Under the pieces are notes generated by a model. The model was not told where the DNA came from, made no database searches, and saw only the letters and a program-made list of their open reading frames with translations. This document shows positions 33,401-46,386 of a stretch of 64,000 nucleotides of DNA, one piece after another. Within the stretch, counting starts at the first letter, position 1. Each line of letters starts with the position of its first letter. This stretch comes from Azolla caroliniana (taxonomy: Eukaryota > Plantae > Polypodiophyta), in NCBI GenBank assembly GCA_043228905.1, contig JBHGNT010000017.1:4340001-4404000 (forward strand). Direction: 5' to 3'. A program made the translations under genes and the position numbers.

Positions 33401-36004
33401 CGTGGGTGTTCCTCGAGGTACCGATCGACTTCCTCGTCCGGTAATCCCTCCAACATGTTGATGCTTTCCGCATACAATGGAGTTGCTTCCTTACTGGTGA
33501 TCACCTGTGGTTGCGTCGTTACTCGTACCTTTGTTTTCCCTTGCCGGAATGTGATTATGTTCTTTTGCCGGTTCTGCTTGATATGTGCCGTTCGCAGCCA
33601 TGGTCGTCCTAGCAGTAGGGGGTACGCGCCTTGTACATTCAGCTGCAGCACCACGACCGATATCCGGAATACGTGGCCTCCGATTGTTACTTCCAAATCC
33701 CGGATAAGCCCGGTCGGTCGGACTGAGTTGGTGTCCGCCATGCGTAACCAAAAGGGGCATGGTTCCCATTCCCGGATGCCCAGGTTGTCGCATGTCTGTC
33801 GGCTGATGACATTTACCCCGGAGCCTCCGTCAATAATCGTTCCAGCAATTTCCTTTCCTTTCACGATTGCCGTGATCGCCGGGCTACTTGTATCGACCAC
33901 AGCTGGTCCTTCCTCCGGGTTGGAGAAGAATGCCGGTGCTGGCGTCGGCTTCGGTTTGCTCACGGATGCCTGTAAGTCTGCCGTAAACCGTGGCACCAAC
34001 TGTAGTAGCCGTGCTAATGGCATCACGATTTGACAGTCCTGTAGCGCTTGCCACGTCGGGTTTTCTCCTGGTTGTATGATTTCTTCGTCTTTTGGCATAT
34101 TTTGGTCTCTTACTTCTGCCGCATTCTGTTCATTGGCCTCCTTGATCCATTGCGCCGCTTGTTTTCTGATTGCCTCCTGGGCTTCCCACTCGGCGGTCTT
34201 TCCCTTTGACCGGGTTGTGACCATGTTGACTGCCGGCCGTAACCATGTTGACTGCCGGCTGCTTGTCATTGGTTTTGCTTGGGCATTGGTTACTATAATG
34301 GCCCTCCTTACGGTAGTAATAACAGTACACCTTGTGACTGTTGCTCGTTTCTCCTTTGTCCCTGGTTTGGAGGGTGGGTATACTTCGGCGGTCGTCTGCG
34401 GTTTTTCGGTTATCCGGTACCGATACTGGGTTGTCATTCCTTGCTGCCTCCCGACGTTCCTCTCTTCGGAAAAATCCACGCTTCTGATTCCGTCGGAAAT
34501 TTTGGTTCCCTTGTCGCCTCTCTTCTCTGCGTCGTTCGTATTCCGGGGATTCGTCTCGGTCGTACCGGTCCCGGGGGTAGCTATCTCTGCGTTTCTCCTC
34601 TCGGTCATAGTTATCGCGTCTTCTATCAGTGTATCTGTTACCCCATTCGCGTTGGTAGTGGTCGTCTCTCCGGAATCGATCCTCATCCGGGTTTTGATTG
34701 CGCGGTTCTATGTGTCGAACCGGTGCTGCCTGCCGATTTAATAGGTTATATTCGCATCGGTCCGTTGTATGGGCTCGAGAGTTGCAGATCATACATTGTG
34801 TCCGCAGGGTGCAGTCTACCGTTGAGTGGCCCGAATTTAGGCATGTTGTGCATTGTAAGGCCTGTCGGAACCTCAGGTCTTCCTCCTTCGGAAGTGCCCG
34901 GTGTAACATCCCCATCGACAAGAAGGAGCTAGTCTTGTCCATTTCTAAGACCCGATCAATAACTTGGTCCATTGTGCTGGTGCGGAAATCAAGGACTCCG
35001 CACATTGTTCGAAGTGGCTCTTTCAGCGCGGCCAAAAAGACTGCTTTGGCTTCGTCTTCGGGTGGTGCTCTCGTCACTTGGCTGTGCAGGGTCTGAAACC
35101 GAATGATGAATTGTGGCACAGTCTCGTTCTCTTCCTGCCGGGTGGTGTAGAACTGCCCGACCAATTCCCTTTGCTCAACTTGTCTGTGAAAAAGCCTAAG
35201 GAATTTGGCCTTCAAGGCATCGAATGTGGCAAAGCTGCCTGGTAAGTACTTTGCGTGCCATCGGGCCGCCGGTCCTTCTAAGGTCATGCCGAATTCGGCG
35301 ACTTTGGATCGTTCGGCTTCGGGCTCCGTCAGTCTTTGGGAGACATGGTTGGCTTCCCATGTTTGGAGGAATACGTACACGTGTGCCTCCGCGTCGGGCT
35401 CATCCCGGTACTTTGGGTATGGGTACGACATTGTGTCGTCCAACTGACTCTCCTGCTTTCTCCGCTCTCTGTCCGCTGTTGGCGTTGGTGTGAGAACCTT
35501 TGGTTCCTCCGTGGGTGTTGTCGGTATCCGCTCCTTCGGTTCCTTCGCGGGTGTTGTCGGTATCCGGTCAGCCTCCCTCGGCGATTGCCGGTCACCGAAC
35601 TCCAAGGTTATTTCTTCCTCTGGCTCCGGTGTTACTGAGTCTTCCGACCCTTCTTCCCCCAGGTTGTTTGGTGTGTCATGGCTGCTTTTATACCGGGACG
35701 CAACGCTTCCGTCGCTTTCCGACTTCGCCTCAAGTGTTGCGAATGCTTCCGAGTCCCCGTCGCCACCGGCGAGCGTCTGTAGTATCGTTTCCGCCTCTTG
35801 CAGGCTTGTTATGCTACTGCCTTCATCGGGGACTTGCAGAACCCGGAACTGCAGTGCCTCTTCTGCAACTCTCCGAAGAGTTCTGGAGAATGACCGATCC
35901 CGCCGGATCTCGTCGACGGCTTGCTGTAGGGCTTCCCGTCGTTGCTCTCGTTTGGTGTATCGTCTCCCTCGTTCGGTGATGTGGTCGTCGTTTGGTCTAG
36001 ACAT
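30488..36004 (-). pseudogene. Gypsy C gag-pol (three CCHC-type knuckles, PR, RT, RNase H, integrase with GPY/F module)
   Basis: CTTCLNSGHSTVDC, CMICNSRAHTTDRC, IIDGGSGVNVI, CVDYRKLN, LDGFSGYNQI, MFGLKTAPATFQ, VFLDDF, DASNVAIG, YSTTEREAL, H..HCG..GGHY...CDLCQ, WGLDFV, ISDQGGHF, YYPQANGLAE, RWTGPF. Disrupted by stops, a frameshift at ~34240 and a deletion at ~31900. Confidence 0.92.
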
Positions 36005-36749
36005 CCATCCCCGGTTGTCCTCTGCACTCTGCAGGAATCGTGGTCGCCGAAATAGTGTTGTCTGCCTGGCCGGACTAGCCTCAACACAGGTGTCTATCCG
36101 ACACTTCTCCAAAGGGGTGGTAAGGATTGGACGCTAGGTTACACGTGTAAGATGATTACAATTAGGCACAGACGGTAAAACAATACAAAGATACAGATAA
36201 ACACGCAATAATTACTTTTGTATTACTTCCGTCAAGCCTTTACAAATCATCGGATCCTTTTATAGGCATCTGGCAAGGTTACAATCGGTGCGCTTGGGCA
36301 ACCGGCATCCGAATCGGTCCGGATCCGGATCGGTACAACTGTACCGGATCCGTCCCTCCGAATAATAACTATACTATTATTTACTTCCTATTATCCGATC
36401 CGACTCCGCTTTCCCACTTGCACTTGCTCTTCTGACTGGTCAACACATACCGGCTCACCAGCTCACCGGTCCTTACTGCTTACCGGCTCAGTTGCTCACC
36501 GGCATACCGATTCATCTCGCTTACCGGCTCAAGCTTATTCAGCCGATCCGGCTCCGGTTGAGCTTGCCGCTCAACACTCCCCCTCAAGCTCAACCTGAGG
36601 TAGGGTCGTAGTGTCAAGCTCTGTGGCAGCCGGTTCTTCCAACCGACTTCTCCTGGCGTCGCTTCGCCTTGCTCGTGCTCCTTGTCCGGTCCGGTCCCGT
36701 TTGCCATGACCCCTTTGGTTCTGCGCGCCTCGACCTTCGGCATGTCTGC

Positions 36750-39700
36750 TCAATAGGCCCATCTAAGCTCCTTCGCTGCTATGACTCCGCGCTTGCCGAT
36801 CCGTCGGTTCCACCGCGATGGCATCGACTTCCGCTGCGTCCGTGTCTCCTTGGCCTCTCGTTGATCCGACTCATCCAGATTCGTCTGTTGATCCGAATCG
36901 GTTGTCTCCGACTCGTTCCAGCTCTTGTCCGAATCGGTACCCTCCGATTTGATTTTCGGCTTCAGGCCTCTCACCACATCGGACCACGTCCGGGTCTTGG
37001 CCTTCTCCGTGCTCCCCTTGGCTTCTTCAGCCGGTTCACCGCAGTCGAATTCTTCATTCGACTCCGCATCATGGCCATTACGATCGTGATGACCTCCGCA
37101 TAGCATGCACTTCTCTTCCTGAGTGTACACTTCTTCTTCACAGCCGCTCACTCCGACCTGTTCGGATGTGCCGACTTCCTTCGTCGACTCGGCTTCATTT
37201 TTCTTCTTGTCTCCACCTCTACTGGTTCTTCTCTTACCTACGGGTTCAACAGTTTTTTTGCCTTTGCCCGTTTCGGTAGTGTCTTTGTCCTTGCGTTTCC
37301 CCCTCAAGTGCGGCACGTCAAGATGCTGAACACCAAGCATTTCGGTAAAGTGCTGCAACTTGTCTGACCCGAGCGGCTTGGTGAAGATGTCGGCAACTTG
37401 CCGATCCGTGTGAACATACCGTAGTTCAACTTCACCGCTCAGGACCCGCTCACGCACGAAGTGATAATGCACTTCTATGTGCTTTGTGCGAGCATGGAAC
37501 ACAGGGTTCTTGGCGAGCTGCATGCTACTGAGGTTATCGCAGTAGAGCAGGATCGGGGTCCGTACCTCGATCCGCAGGTCTTACAGTAGTCGCCGAAGCC
37601 AAATGGCTTCACAGGTGGCAACGGTCGTGCCCCGATATTCAGCCTCAGTGCTGGATAGAGCCACTGTTGGTTGCTTTCGACTGCTCCACGCAACAGCCAC
37701 GCTCCCAAGAGAAAACATAACCGGAAGTTGAGCGACGATCCGTTGCATCGCCAGCCCAGTCGGCATCCGTGTAGCCAACAAGCTCTTCGGTTATACCTTG
37801 CTGGTATAAGAGCCCCCGATCCTTAGTGCCGCTTACATACCTCAGTATTCATTGCGCGCATTGAAGGTGCTCCACGGTCGGCTTCTGCATGAATTGACTT
37901 ATCACTCCGACCGGATAGCTAATGTCGGGTCGGGTGATGGTCAAGTAGATTAGGCTTCAGACTATTTGTCGAAACCTTTTCTCATCGCAGGTTGGTTCGG
38001 AGTTGGGACGGATCTTCTGATTCCGATCCAGGGGTGTGGAGACAGGTCGACATTCTGTCATGCCGAACTTGTACAGTATATTCAACACATAATGGCGTTG
38101 AGAAAGCAATATGCCATCGGGGGTGCGGATCACCTCGATCCCGAAAAAATAATGAAGGTCCCCCAAGTCCTTCATATCGAATGCGTCCAAAAACTAGGAC
38201 TTGACGCAGTTGATTTCCGGAAGACCTGGGCCGGTGATGACTAAATCATCAACATAGAGTAAGATACATACCGAACCATTTGAGCCTTGATGGATGAACA
38301 GGGAAGAGTCCGACTTAGAGGCAACAAAACCCATCTTTCGCAACCGGTGCGTGATCTTAGCATTCCAAGCACGGGGGGCTTGCTTCAAGCCGTACAACGA
38401 CTTCCTCAGTCGGCATACTGCCGACTTGTTCACCTCCGACTGAAATCCGGGGGGCTGAGTCATAAAGACTTCTTCTTCAAGATCTCCTTGAAGGAAGGCA
38501 TTCTTCACATCCATCTGATGAAGATGCCACCCCCTTGCCGCAACAACCGCCAGTACCACACGAACCGTCGTCATCTTTGCTACAGGAGCGAAGGTCTCGT
38601 CGTAGTCGATTCCGTGGGTCTACACATATCCCTTCGCCACTAACCAGGCCTTGTACCGGTTAACTGTACCGTCGACATTGTACTTTACCTTGTACACCCA
38701 CTTGAATCCGATCGGTTTACAGTGAGAGGGAGGGTCAACCAGGTCCCAAGTTCCGTTGGCATCCAGTGCCTGCATTTCTTCCTCCATAGCGGCACGCCAA
38801 TTTGCGTCCTTTGCCGCTTCTGCGTAGCTCTCCGACTCACGCACTTCCGCGACCTTGGTCATGTACGCATAATGATGCGCCATGTACTCGTTATACCCGT
38901 ACCGTTTAACGGGATCCTTCTGGCGGGTGGACCAGCGTAACTCACCGTTACCCGGTATGAGACCCTTCTTGGCCGGTTTGGTCTTCGTTCCTGAAGATCT
39001 GCCTATGTCCTTGCCGAAGTCAGATACGCACCGATCCGACTCATCATTGCTAGTCTCGAATTCCGGCATCTTCTGCTTCCCTTTCTCTTTGCGTGTGAAC
39101 CGTCTCCTCGGTTCCTTGCGCGGGGAGAGCACGACAGAGTCTCCACTACTCGCCGTCTCATCATCCGACCAGTTGAACTGATCCAGTCTCTCATTCGGTC
39201 TGCTTAACCGGAATGATTCCGGACTCTCATCTTTAGTCCCGGCTTCATCTTTCTCTACCTGGACCGGTTCAAGCTCACTAGTCCCATCCTCCGACATCGG
39301 GTCGGGATCGGAAGTCGGAGTTGGTAAGGAATGCCACGATGCTGATTCATCAAACTCGACATCTCGGCTGACTCAGACTTGCTTCGTTCGGGGGTTATAA
39401 CACTTATTCCCCTTTTTCTCTTGAGCATAGCCGACTAGGATGCATTTTTCCAATTTTGCATCCAACTTTCTCTGCTTCTCATTCGACACATGTACATAGG
39501 CTATGCTGTCGAATATCCGGAGGTGTCTCAAATTCGGCTTGTGCCCGAAATACAGCTCGTGAGTTGACACCTTGTCCCCGATCCACGACCGTTTGGACCG
39601 CCTCCGCCCAGTAGAACTTGGGCATGCTCTTTTCCTCCAGCATTGCCCGAGCCGCATCAATCAACGACCGATTCTTCCTTTCGGCCACACCGTTCTGTTG

Positions 39701-41500
39701 CGGTGTGTATCTGCAGCTGAATTCTCGCTGAATTCCTTTTTGTTGGAGATAACTATTGAACTGGCCGGAAAAGTGCTCTTTTCCGCCATCCAACCGTAGG
39801 CATTTGATCTTCCTCTCCAATTCCCGTTCCACCATCTTCTGGAGGCTCCGAAAACACTCGAAGACTTCGCTCTTCCACTCAATGAGGTAGATCCACGTAT
39901 GCCACGTGTAGTCGTCGATGAAGGAGACGAAATATCGAGCTTGTTACGGCTTCAATTTCTTTCGGTGGGGAATGGAAGCCGGTGTTGCTTCCCGAGTTGG
40001 CAGGCTTCACAAATCTGGGCTCTCCGGCCGCTAAACTTTGGCAAACCGAAAACGACTTGTTCCGTTTGTAGATCTTGAAGCCTTTGGTAGTTGACATGGC
40101 CGATCCGCTTGTGCCACAGGTCGATATCCAACTCGACCTTCTATCCTTTGGCGAACAGTGCGGTGCTGACATCATTGGTCTTGAGGATAAACATCCTCCC
40201 ATCTCTGCGCCCTTGTGCAATAACTTCACCCTCATCCTCAATGAAGCACCCGAGGTGCGTAAACTGCATCTGCATCCCCTGGTCGACGATCTGTCCGAAC
40301 GACACCAGGTTCTTCGTGATCGTCGGAACATGTAATACATTCATCAAGTTCCTCCTCTGTCCGATGTGGCTCAAAGGGACTTCTCCAACGTGCACGATCG
40401 GGTGGGGAGTGTCGTCTCTGGTTTCGACAACTCTGGGTTGATCCGGCTTCTCCAAAAAGGAGAACCACTCCCCGTGGCTCGTCATGTGGTTCGATGCGCC
40501 GGAGTTAACGTACCACACTTCCTCCGATTTGGAAGTGGTCTTCTTCATTGAGTTTGCCTTGTGCTTCATCACCAAGGCTGGCCCCTTACCGTTCTTGGAT
40601 CCTCCCGATCTGTTTGTGTAGTGCAAGCTTTGCCGACCTTCCTTACTGGTCTTGCCGGATCCGGATTTGTCCGAATCGGCATACTTTCTCCAACACTCGC
40701 TTTCCCTGTGGCCCTTTTTGCCACAATACCAGCATTCCGTAGCGGATTTGTCTTGCCAGCCTCCGGCACCACCTTGACTCCTTCTGCTTGTGGAAGTCCC
40801 GGAACTGCTATCGGCACGCTCACTGTGCCTTCATTCCTGCTCTTGCCGGCCGCCTCCATTGCGTGCCGACCTGCCTCGTCCACCACTCCCGCGGGACCGA
40901 TTCGCTCTCGTGTACAACATCCGACTGTCTGGGGATGCACTGGTAGATGCACCGGCGTGGTTCTCCTCTACAAGGAGCATCGACTGTAAGTCGAAAAATG
41001 AGGGCATATTCTCCCTTGTACAAACCGCAGTCCGGAAAGCTCCGAACTTGGACGCCAGGCCTCCAAGACAGACCTACACCATCTTGTCTTCCTGTACGGT
41101 GACGTTAATAGAGGCAAGCGAGTCACAGATCCCTTTGATCCGGGCTATGTAATCTGCCACCGACATGTTCTTCTGTCGAACATTGCTCAACTCCAGTCTG
41201 AGTTGCAGCTTCTGGGCAATGGTGCTTGTGGCGAAAACCTTTTTCAAGTTTCCCCAAGCATCCTTCGGTGTCTTGGCATCACGGATATGGTTGAGCAGCT
41301 GGTCACCGACACTGGACGCGAAGCAGCCGCCTGTTCCCACACTGGGAAGTCCTTGTGTGTCGTCTCCGGTGCTGAGTCGTTCACTCCATTGACATAACTC
41401 CAGTAGCCATGCCCAAGCAGGTACTGGTGCATCTTGTATGACCAAGATGCGTAGTTGGTTCTATTGAGCTTCTCCACCGGGAGTGACGTAGCCATACCTC
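36750..41500 (-). pseudogene. Copia B gag-pol, fragmented by stops and frameshifts, with a long C-terminal extension after RNase H
   Basis: Fragment ORFs 41074..41445, 40141..40626, 39479..39835, 38620..39297, 38194..38574, 37957..38190, 37581..37781 and 36750..37523 carry Copia motifs in order. Confidence 0.9.
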
Positions 41501-41914
41501 TGTCCATTTCTCCTTTTGTGTCTGCTTTCCGATCTGTTAGGGTTTCCTTCACAAGCATAGATGTCTGCAGCAGAGGTTCTCAACCCACGCGCTCTGATAC
41601 CATGTAAAAGATTGTTTGCAGAAGCGTTAGAAAGAAGAATACCCAAAGAGAGAGAGAGAGAGTACGCGGGAGAGAGAGAGAGAGAGCAAAACACTCTGTG
41701 CTCTGTATCTACAACGCGCTCATCAGCGCTATTTATACAAGTCCACACGGGACTGTTAGAAGTACGGTGTACTTCAATGCTCACACGAGCATTTGACACT
41801 AACTACGAGACTATAACTGCCTAGTAGTCTAACCTATACTAAGCTTTCGGTTACGGATTGGATTCGGCATACCGGCTCACCAGCTCACCGATCCTTACTA
41901 CTTATCGACTCACC

Positions 41915-44900
41915 AGATTACGGGAGATATGACGACCAACCCCGTTAAGGGTAGCACAACAAAAAGAACTTTAATAAAAAACGGCATTTCAAAAAAGGGA
42001 GCCACCCACGTGAACCGGAAAAAGGCGCCTGAAGTAGCCAACCGGACCAAAGCCCCGCGGTTACCGCAGGTCCTCCACCGGGTACAGGAAACAATGCCGA
42101 ATCCAACAATACCCGGAAACCATATTGCTGCTATTGCCGGCAAGAAGGACATTATAGTAATCAATGTCCGGCAAAGAGCTATGACAAGCGACCGACAGTA
42201 AACATGGTAGTCGCCGAAGTCGTGGACCTGCAGCAGGTTACCACAAGGTCTAAGGGCAAGACGACGGAATGGGAAACACAAGAGGCCATCCGGAAGCAGG
42301 CAACGGAATGGGTGAAAAAGGCAAATGAGCGAAACATAGTAGAACTTGCGTAGCAAAAGGAGAACATCGAAGAGCTCGCCGGCGGCAGTCAAACCGAAAA
42401 TGTGACATGGCAGGCATTGCAAGAGTGCCAAATCACGTTTCCGTTAGGACAGCTCCTGCAAGTAGTGCCCAGGTTCACAGAAGGACTCAAGACAGGCATG
42501 ACGGTAGGAGAAACACCACCGGCACCAACATTCTTCTCAAATCCGGAGGAGGGACCGACGGTGGTAGACACAAACAGTCCGGCGATCACGGCCATCGTGA
42601 AGGGAAAAGAGTTACCCGGAACAGTATTAGATGGAGGATCCGGCGTCAATGTGATTAGCCTCCGAACATGCACAATCTTGGGAATCCAAGAGTGGGAACC
42701 ATGCCTGTTTTGGCTACGGATGGCGGATACAAGCTCAGTGCGACCAACCGGCTTGATACGAGATTTGGAAGTAACAATTGGCGGCCACACATTTCACATC
42801 TCGGCAATAGTGCTACAATTACAGGCACAAGGAGCTTACCCGCTATTGTTGGGGCGGCCGTGGCTAAAAACGGTGCACATTAAACAAAATTGGAGGAAGA
42901 ACATAATCACCTTCCGGCGGGGAAAAGCAAAAGTACGGGTACCGACATAACCACGGACGGGTACCGAGAAAGAATTGACACCCCTATATGCCGAATGTGT
43001 CAATATGCTGGACGGCTTAGCAGACGAAGAGGTGGATCAATACTTGCAAGATAATCCGAAGATAGTAACTCTGTTTGAAATCGACGTAGCTGAAGCCGTA
43101 TCACCATACATACTGCCACCGGACGGAGCGGACGAAGAACCAAATAAAGAAGCGATCCGGGAGCTACGGCAAGCACAAGAAGCACTGGAAAGAGAAATGG
43201 TCGTATCACAACGGGTTAAAGCATCCCAACTAGAGGAGGTCAATCTAGGAACCACGGAAGAGGCGAGACTGGTGTAGATAGCCAAGGAAATGACTACGGA
43301 GAACATAATGACGATGATTACACTTCTTAACGAGTTTCGGGACATATTTGCCTGGTCCTACGAGGATATAAGAGGGCTCGATCCTCAACTATATAAGCAC
43401 CAGATACATTTGAGCAAAGAAGCCAAACTGGTAGCATAGCAACGGTACCGGATGAATCCAAACTACGCCGCCAAAGTCAAGGAGAAAATCGATAAGTTGC
43501 TGAGAGTTGGCTTTATCTGTCCTGTAAAGAAATCTACATGGCTGAGCCCGATAGTAGTCGTACCAAAGAAAAACGGCAAAATTAGAGTCTGTGTCGACTA
43601 CCGGAAGCTTAATGCGGCGACGGTAACTGATGCATTTCCACTTCCATTTACGGATGGAATTTTGGACACAGTCGCCGGCCATGAGGTATACAATTTTTTA
43701 GACGGATTCAGCGAATACAACCAGATCTGGATGCACCCCGATGACCAGGAGAAAATGTCTTTCGTTACTAAATGGGGAGTGTTTGTTGCTGTGGTGATGA
43801 TGTTCGGACTCAAAATAGCGTCGGCAAAGTTCCAAAGGATCATCATGGAAATATTCGGAGAATTCATACCGGCGTTCATGTAGGTGTTCCTCGACGACTT
43901 CGCCGTTTACAGCCGGGAAGGAGACCACCTTCAGGACCTCCGACTGTGTCTAGAAAAGTGTAGGGCTTACCGGCTAAGCCTGAATCCAACGAAGTGTGTA
44001 TTCAACGTGTCCAGCGGAACACTACTGGGGCACATTGTGAGCAAGGAGGGCATCGCCGTGGATCCAGACAAAGTAAAAGCAATCTTGGAGGCACCGGCAC
44101 CAAAAACGAAAAAGGCATTGAGCCGTTTCTTAGGCCAAATCCGTTGGCATAGCCGAATGCTCTGGTATTTGGCGGACCTAGCTACACTATTGCATGTTGC
44201 GGTACACCGAACACCGTTCCAGTGGACTGACATTGAAGACAAGGCATACCGGGCACTCAAAGTTCTATTGTCGCAAGCACCAGTAGTGCAACCCCCGGAT
44301 TGGGCGAAAGAATTTCATGTGTTTGTGGATGCGTCCGACATTGCAATCGGGAACGCGCTGATGCAACTTACAGAGCCAAGATGGTAACGACTCGTATATT
44401 ACGCAAGCCGGAAGTTATCCCAAGCCGAATGAAATTACTCCACCACGGAAAGGGAAGCTTTAGGCAATAATCTACAACGTAACAAAATTCAGGCACTATT
44501 TATTGGGAAGAAAGTTTTCCTTCCATGTAGATCACTCGACACTCCTCTACCTAGTGTCCAAAGCGTCACTTACCGGTAAGTTGGCCCGGTGGACTTTGCT
44601 GTTACAGGAATTTGAATTCGAGATATTCCACCGACCCGGCATACATGCGGTAGCAGATTATTTAAGCCGGTTAGATTCCGGCGAAACTGGCGACGGAGTA
44701 CCAGACGAGTTTCCGGATGCTGAGCTATTTCGAGTCACTGTAGAAACGGCAACAGATGAAACAGTGGCACCAAAAGATAAGTGGCTAACGAATATGCACC
44801 AATTTCTGAGCACCGGATTGCCTCCGGAGGAGATGAACCGGGACGAGAGGAAGCACTTGGCGGTACAAAGCCGACACTTCTGTTTATTACAGGACACGCT

Positions 44901-46243
44901 ATACCACAAAGGTGCGGATGGTATATGGCGACGAGCGGTGCACAAAGATGAGAAAGAGCTAATACTACGGGAAGCACACTACGGAGTCGCTGGAGGCCAT
45001 TATGCCGGGGATGCTACGACAAGGAAGATATGGCAAAGTGGCCTATGGTGGCCGACTACATTGAAAGACGCAGTTCGGTACGCAAAAGAGTGTGATCTAT
45101 GCCAACGAATGGGCCAGCCAACGGAACAAGCTAGGATGACGCACCAACCCGTACTACCGCTCGAACCATTTCAGAAATGGGGACTGGATTTTGTCGGACC
45201 ATTTAAACCACCGGCAATGAGAACTGGCAACCGATATGTGATCGTCGCGACGGACTACTGCACTAAATGGGTGGAAGCCAAAGCCCTATGAGACAACACC
45301 GTGGCGTCGACGACAAAATTCTTATACGAATACATTTGGTGCCGGTATGAATGCCCCATAGAGCTGATAAGCGACCAAGGAGGACACTTTCTTGGACAGG
45401 TAGTGGAGAGCTTGACGTCATTCTATGCGGTAGTTCATAAACGAAGCACCCCGTACTACCCACAAGCCAACGGATTAGCGGAGTCAACAAACAAAACATT
45501 ACAGAATATCCTGCGCAGGATCGTTAATGAGAATCGGACAGATTGGGACACGAAGTTGCACAATGCGCTCTGGGCTTACCGAACAACGTACAAAACAAGC
45601 ATATGAACAACGCCGTTCCGGTTAGCATTTGGATTAGAGGCAGTCATGCCGGTTCTAGGTACCGAGCTTACGGATCCAGATTAGGGAAAGACTTAATGAA
45701 AAGGAATCGGAGGCAATTCAGTTAAAGGCTCTGTGTGAACTAGAAGAACACCAACTAGCGAGCATCATGCACCTGGAATTGAAACAACGGCGACGGAAAG
45801 TGTTTGTAGATTGGCACCGGAAGGGAAACGAAAAGATGTTCTGAATCGGCAAGCCGGTACTAGTGTTCCAGACCCGGATGGGTAAAATGCTAGGCAAACT
45901 ACGGTTTAGATGGACCAGACCGTACTGGATCACACGCGGGTTCAATGGGTCTTACCAGTTAGGGACACTTGCCGGCGAGGTGCTGGGCAAATGGGTCAAC
46001 GTATTTAGACTAAAGCCATACCAAGGACCTATGCCCAAGAACCCATTTGAACGAAGGGCCGCCACCGAATCAGACGCCGGTAGGCCAACCACGACGGCAA
46101 CCCGTGAGGAAAACGGCTACCACCAAGCTGGTAAGGGGGAGCACAAGCCGGCAACCGGGGAAAGCATAACGACGGCAAACCGTCAAGAGGCCGGCAAGAT
46201 GCGCGTTTCGGGTAAGGGTCCGATAGGACCGGAGAAAAATTAA
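41915..46243 (+). pseudogene. Gypsy A gag 3' end and pol (PR-RT-RH-INT)
   Basis: [80 protein letters not shown]; multiple C>T-type nonsense codons. Confidence 0.92.
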
Positions 46244-46386
46244 CCACACAATTAATTTTACAAAAGAAAAAAGAAAAAAGAAAAAAGAAAAAAATCAAAT
46301 GGAATCAAATAAATCATGAAAAGGAGTGGTGGAAACGGCCATGCAAACGAGGAGTAAAGAGGCACGTCGAAAAGGTACGAGGGGCT

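Larger units (their letters stand above)
26594..36445 (-). mobile_element. Gypsy C: nearly full-length element of the same lineage as A, inserted in the Copia B LTR
   Basis: 390-bp LTRs at 26594-26983 (3') and 36056-36445 (5'), about 11 mismatches counted by eye; TSD catac at 26589-93 and 36446-50; PBS-like CGGCGACCACGA at 36049-36038. Confidence 0.96.
26282..41914 (-). mobile_element. Copia B: Ty1/Copia element; 3' LTR split by Gypsy C, outer end of 5' LTR deleted
   Basis: 3' LTR 26282-26593 plus 36451-36576; 5' LTR 41603-~41914 (truncated). PBS TGGTATCAGAGC (iMet) at 41602-41591; PPT TTGAGGGGGAG abutting 36576. Order gag, PR (WYVNSGASNHM), INT (TPQQNGVAERKNR), RT (QMDVKNAFLQG, LYVDDL), RH (ARTKHIEVHYHFVRE). 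Confidence 0.95.

Noticed and set aside
33104-36137. Long antisense ORFs over gag-pol (e.g. 33104..34033, 35490..36137; also 61981..63048)
   Set aside because: Shadow ORFs of GC-rich coding sequence with no recognisable motifs.
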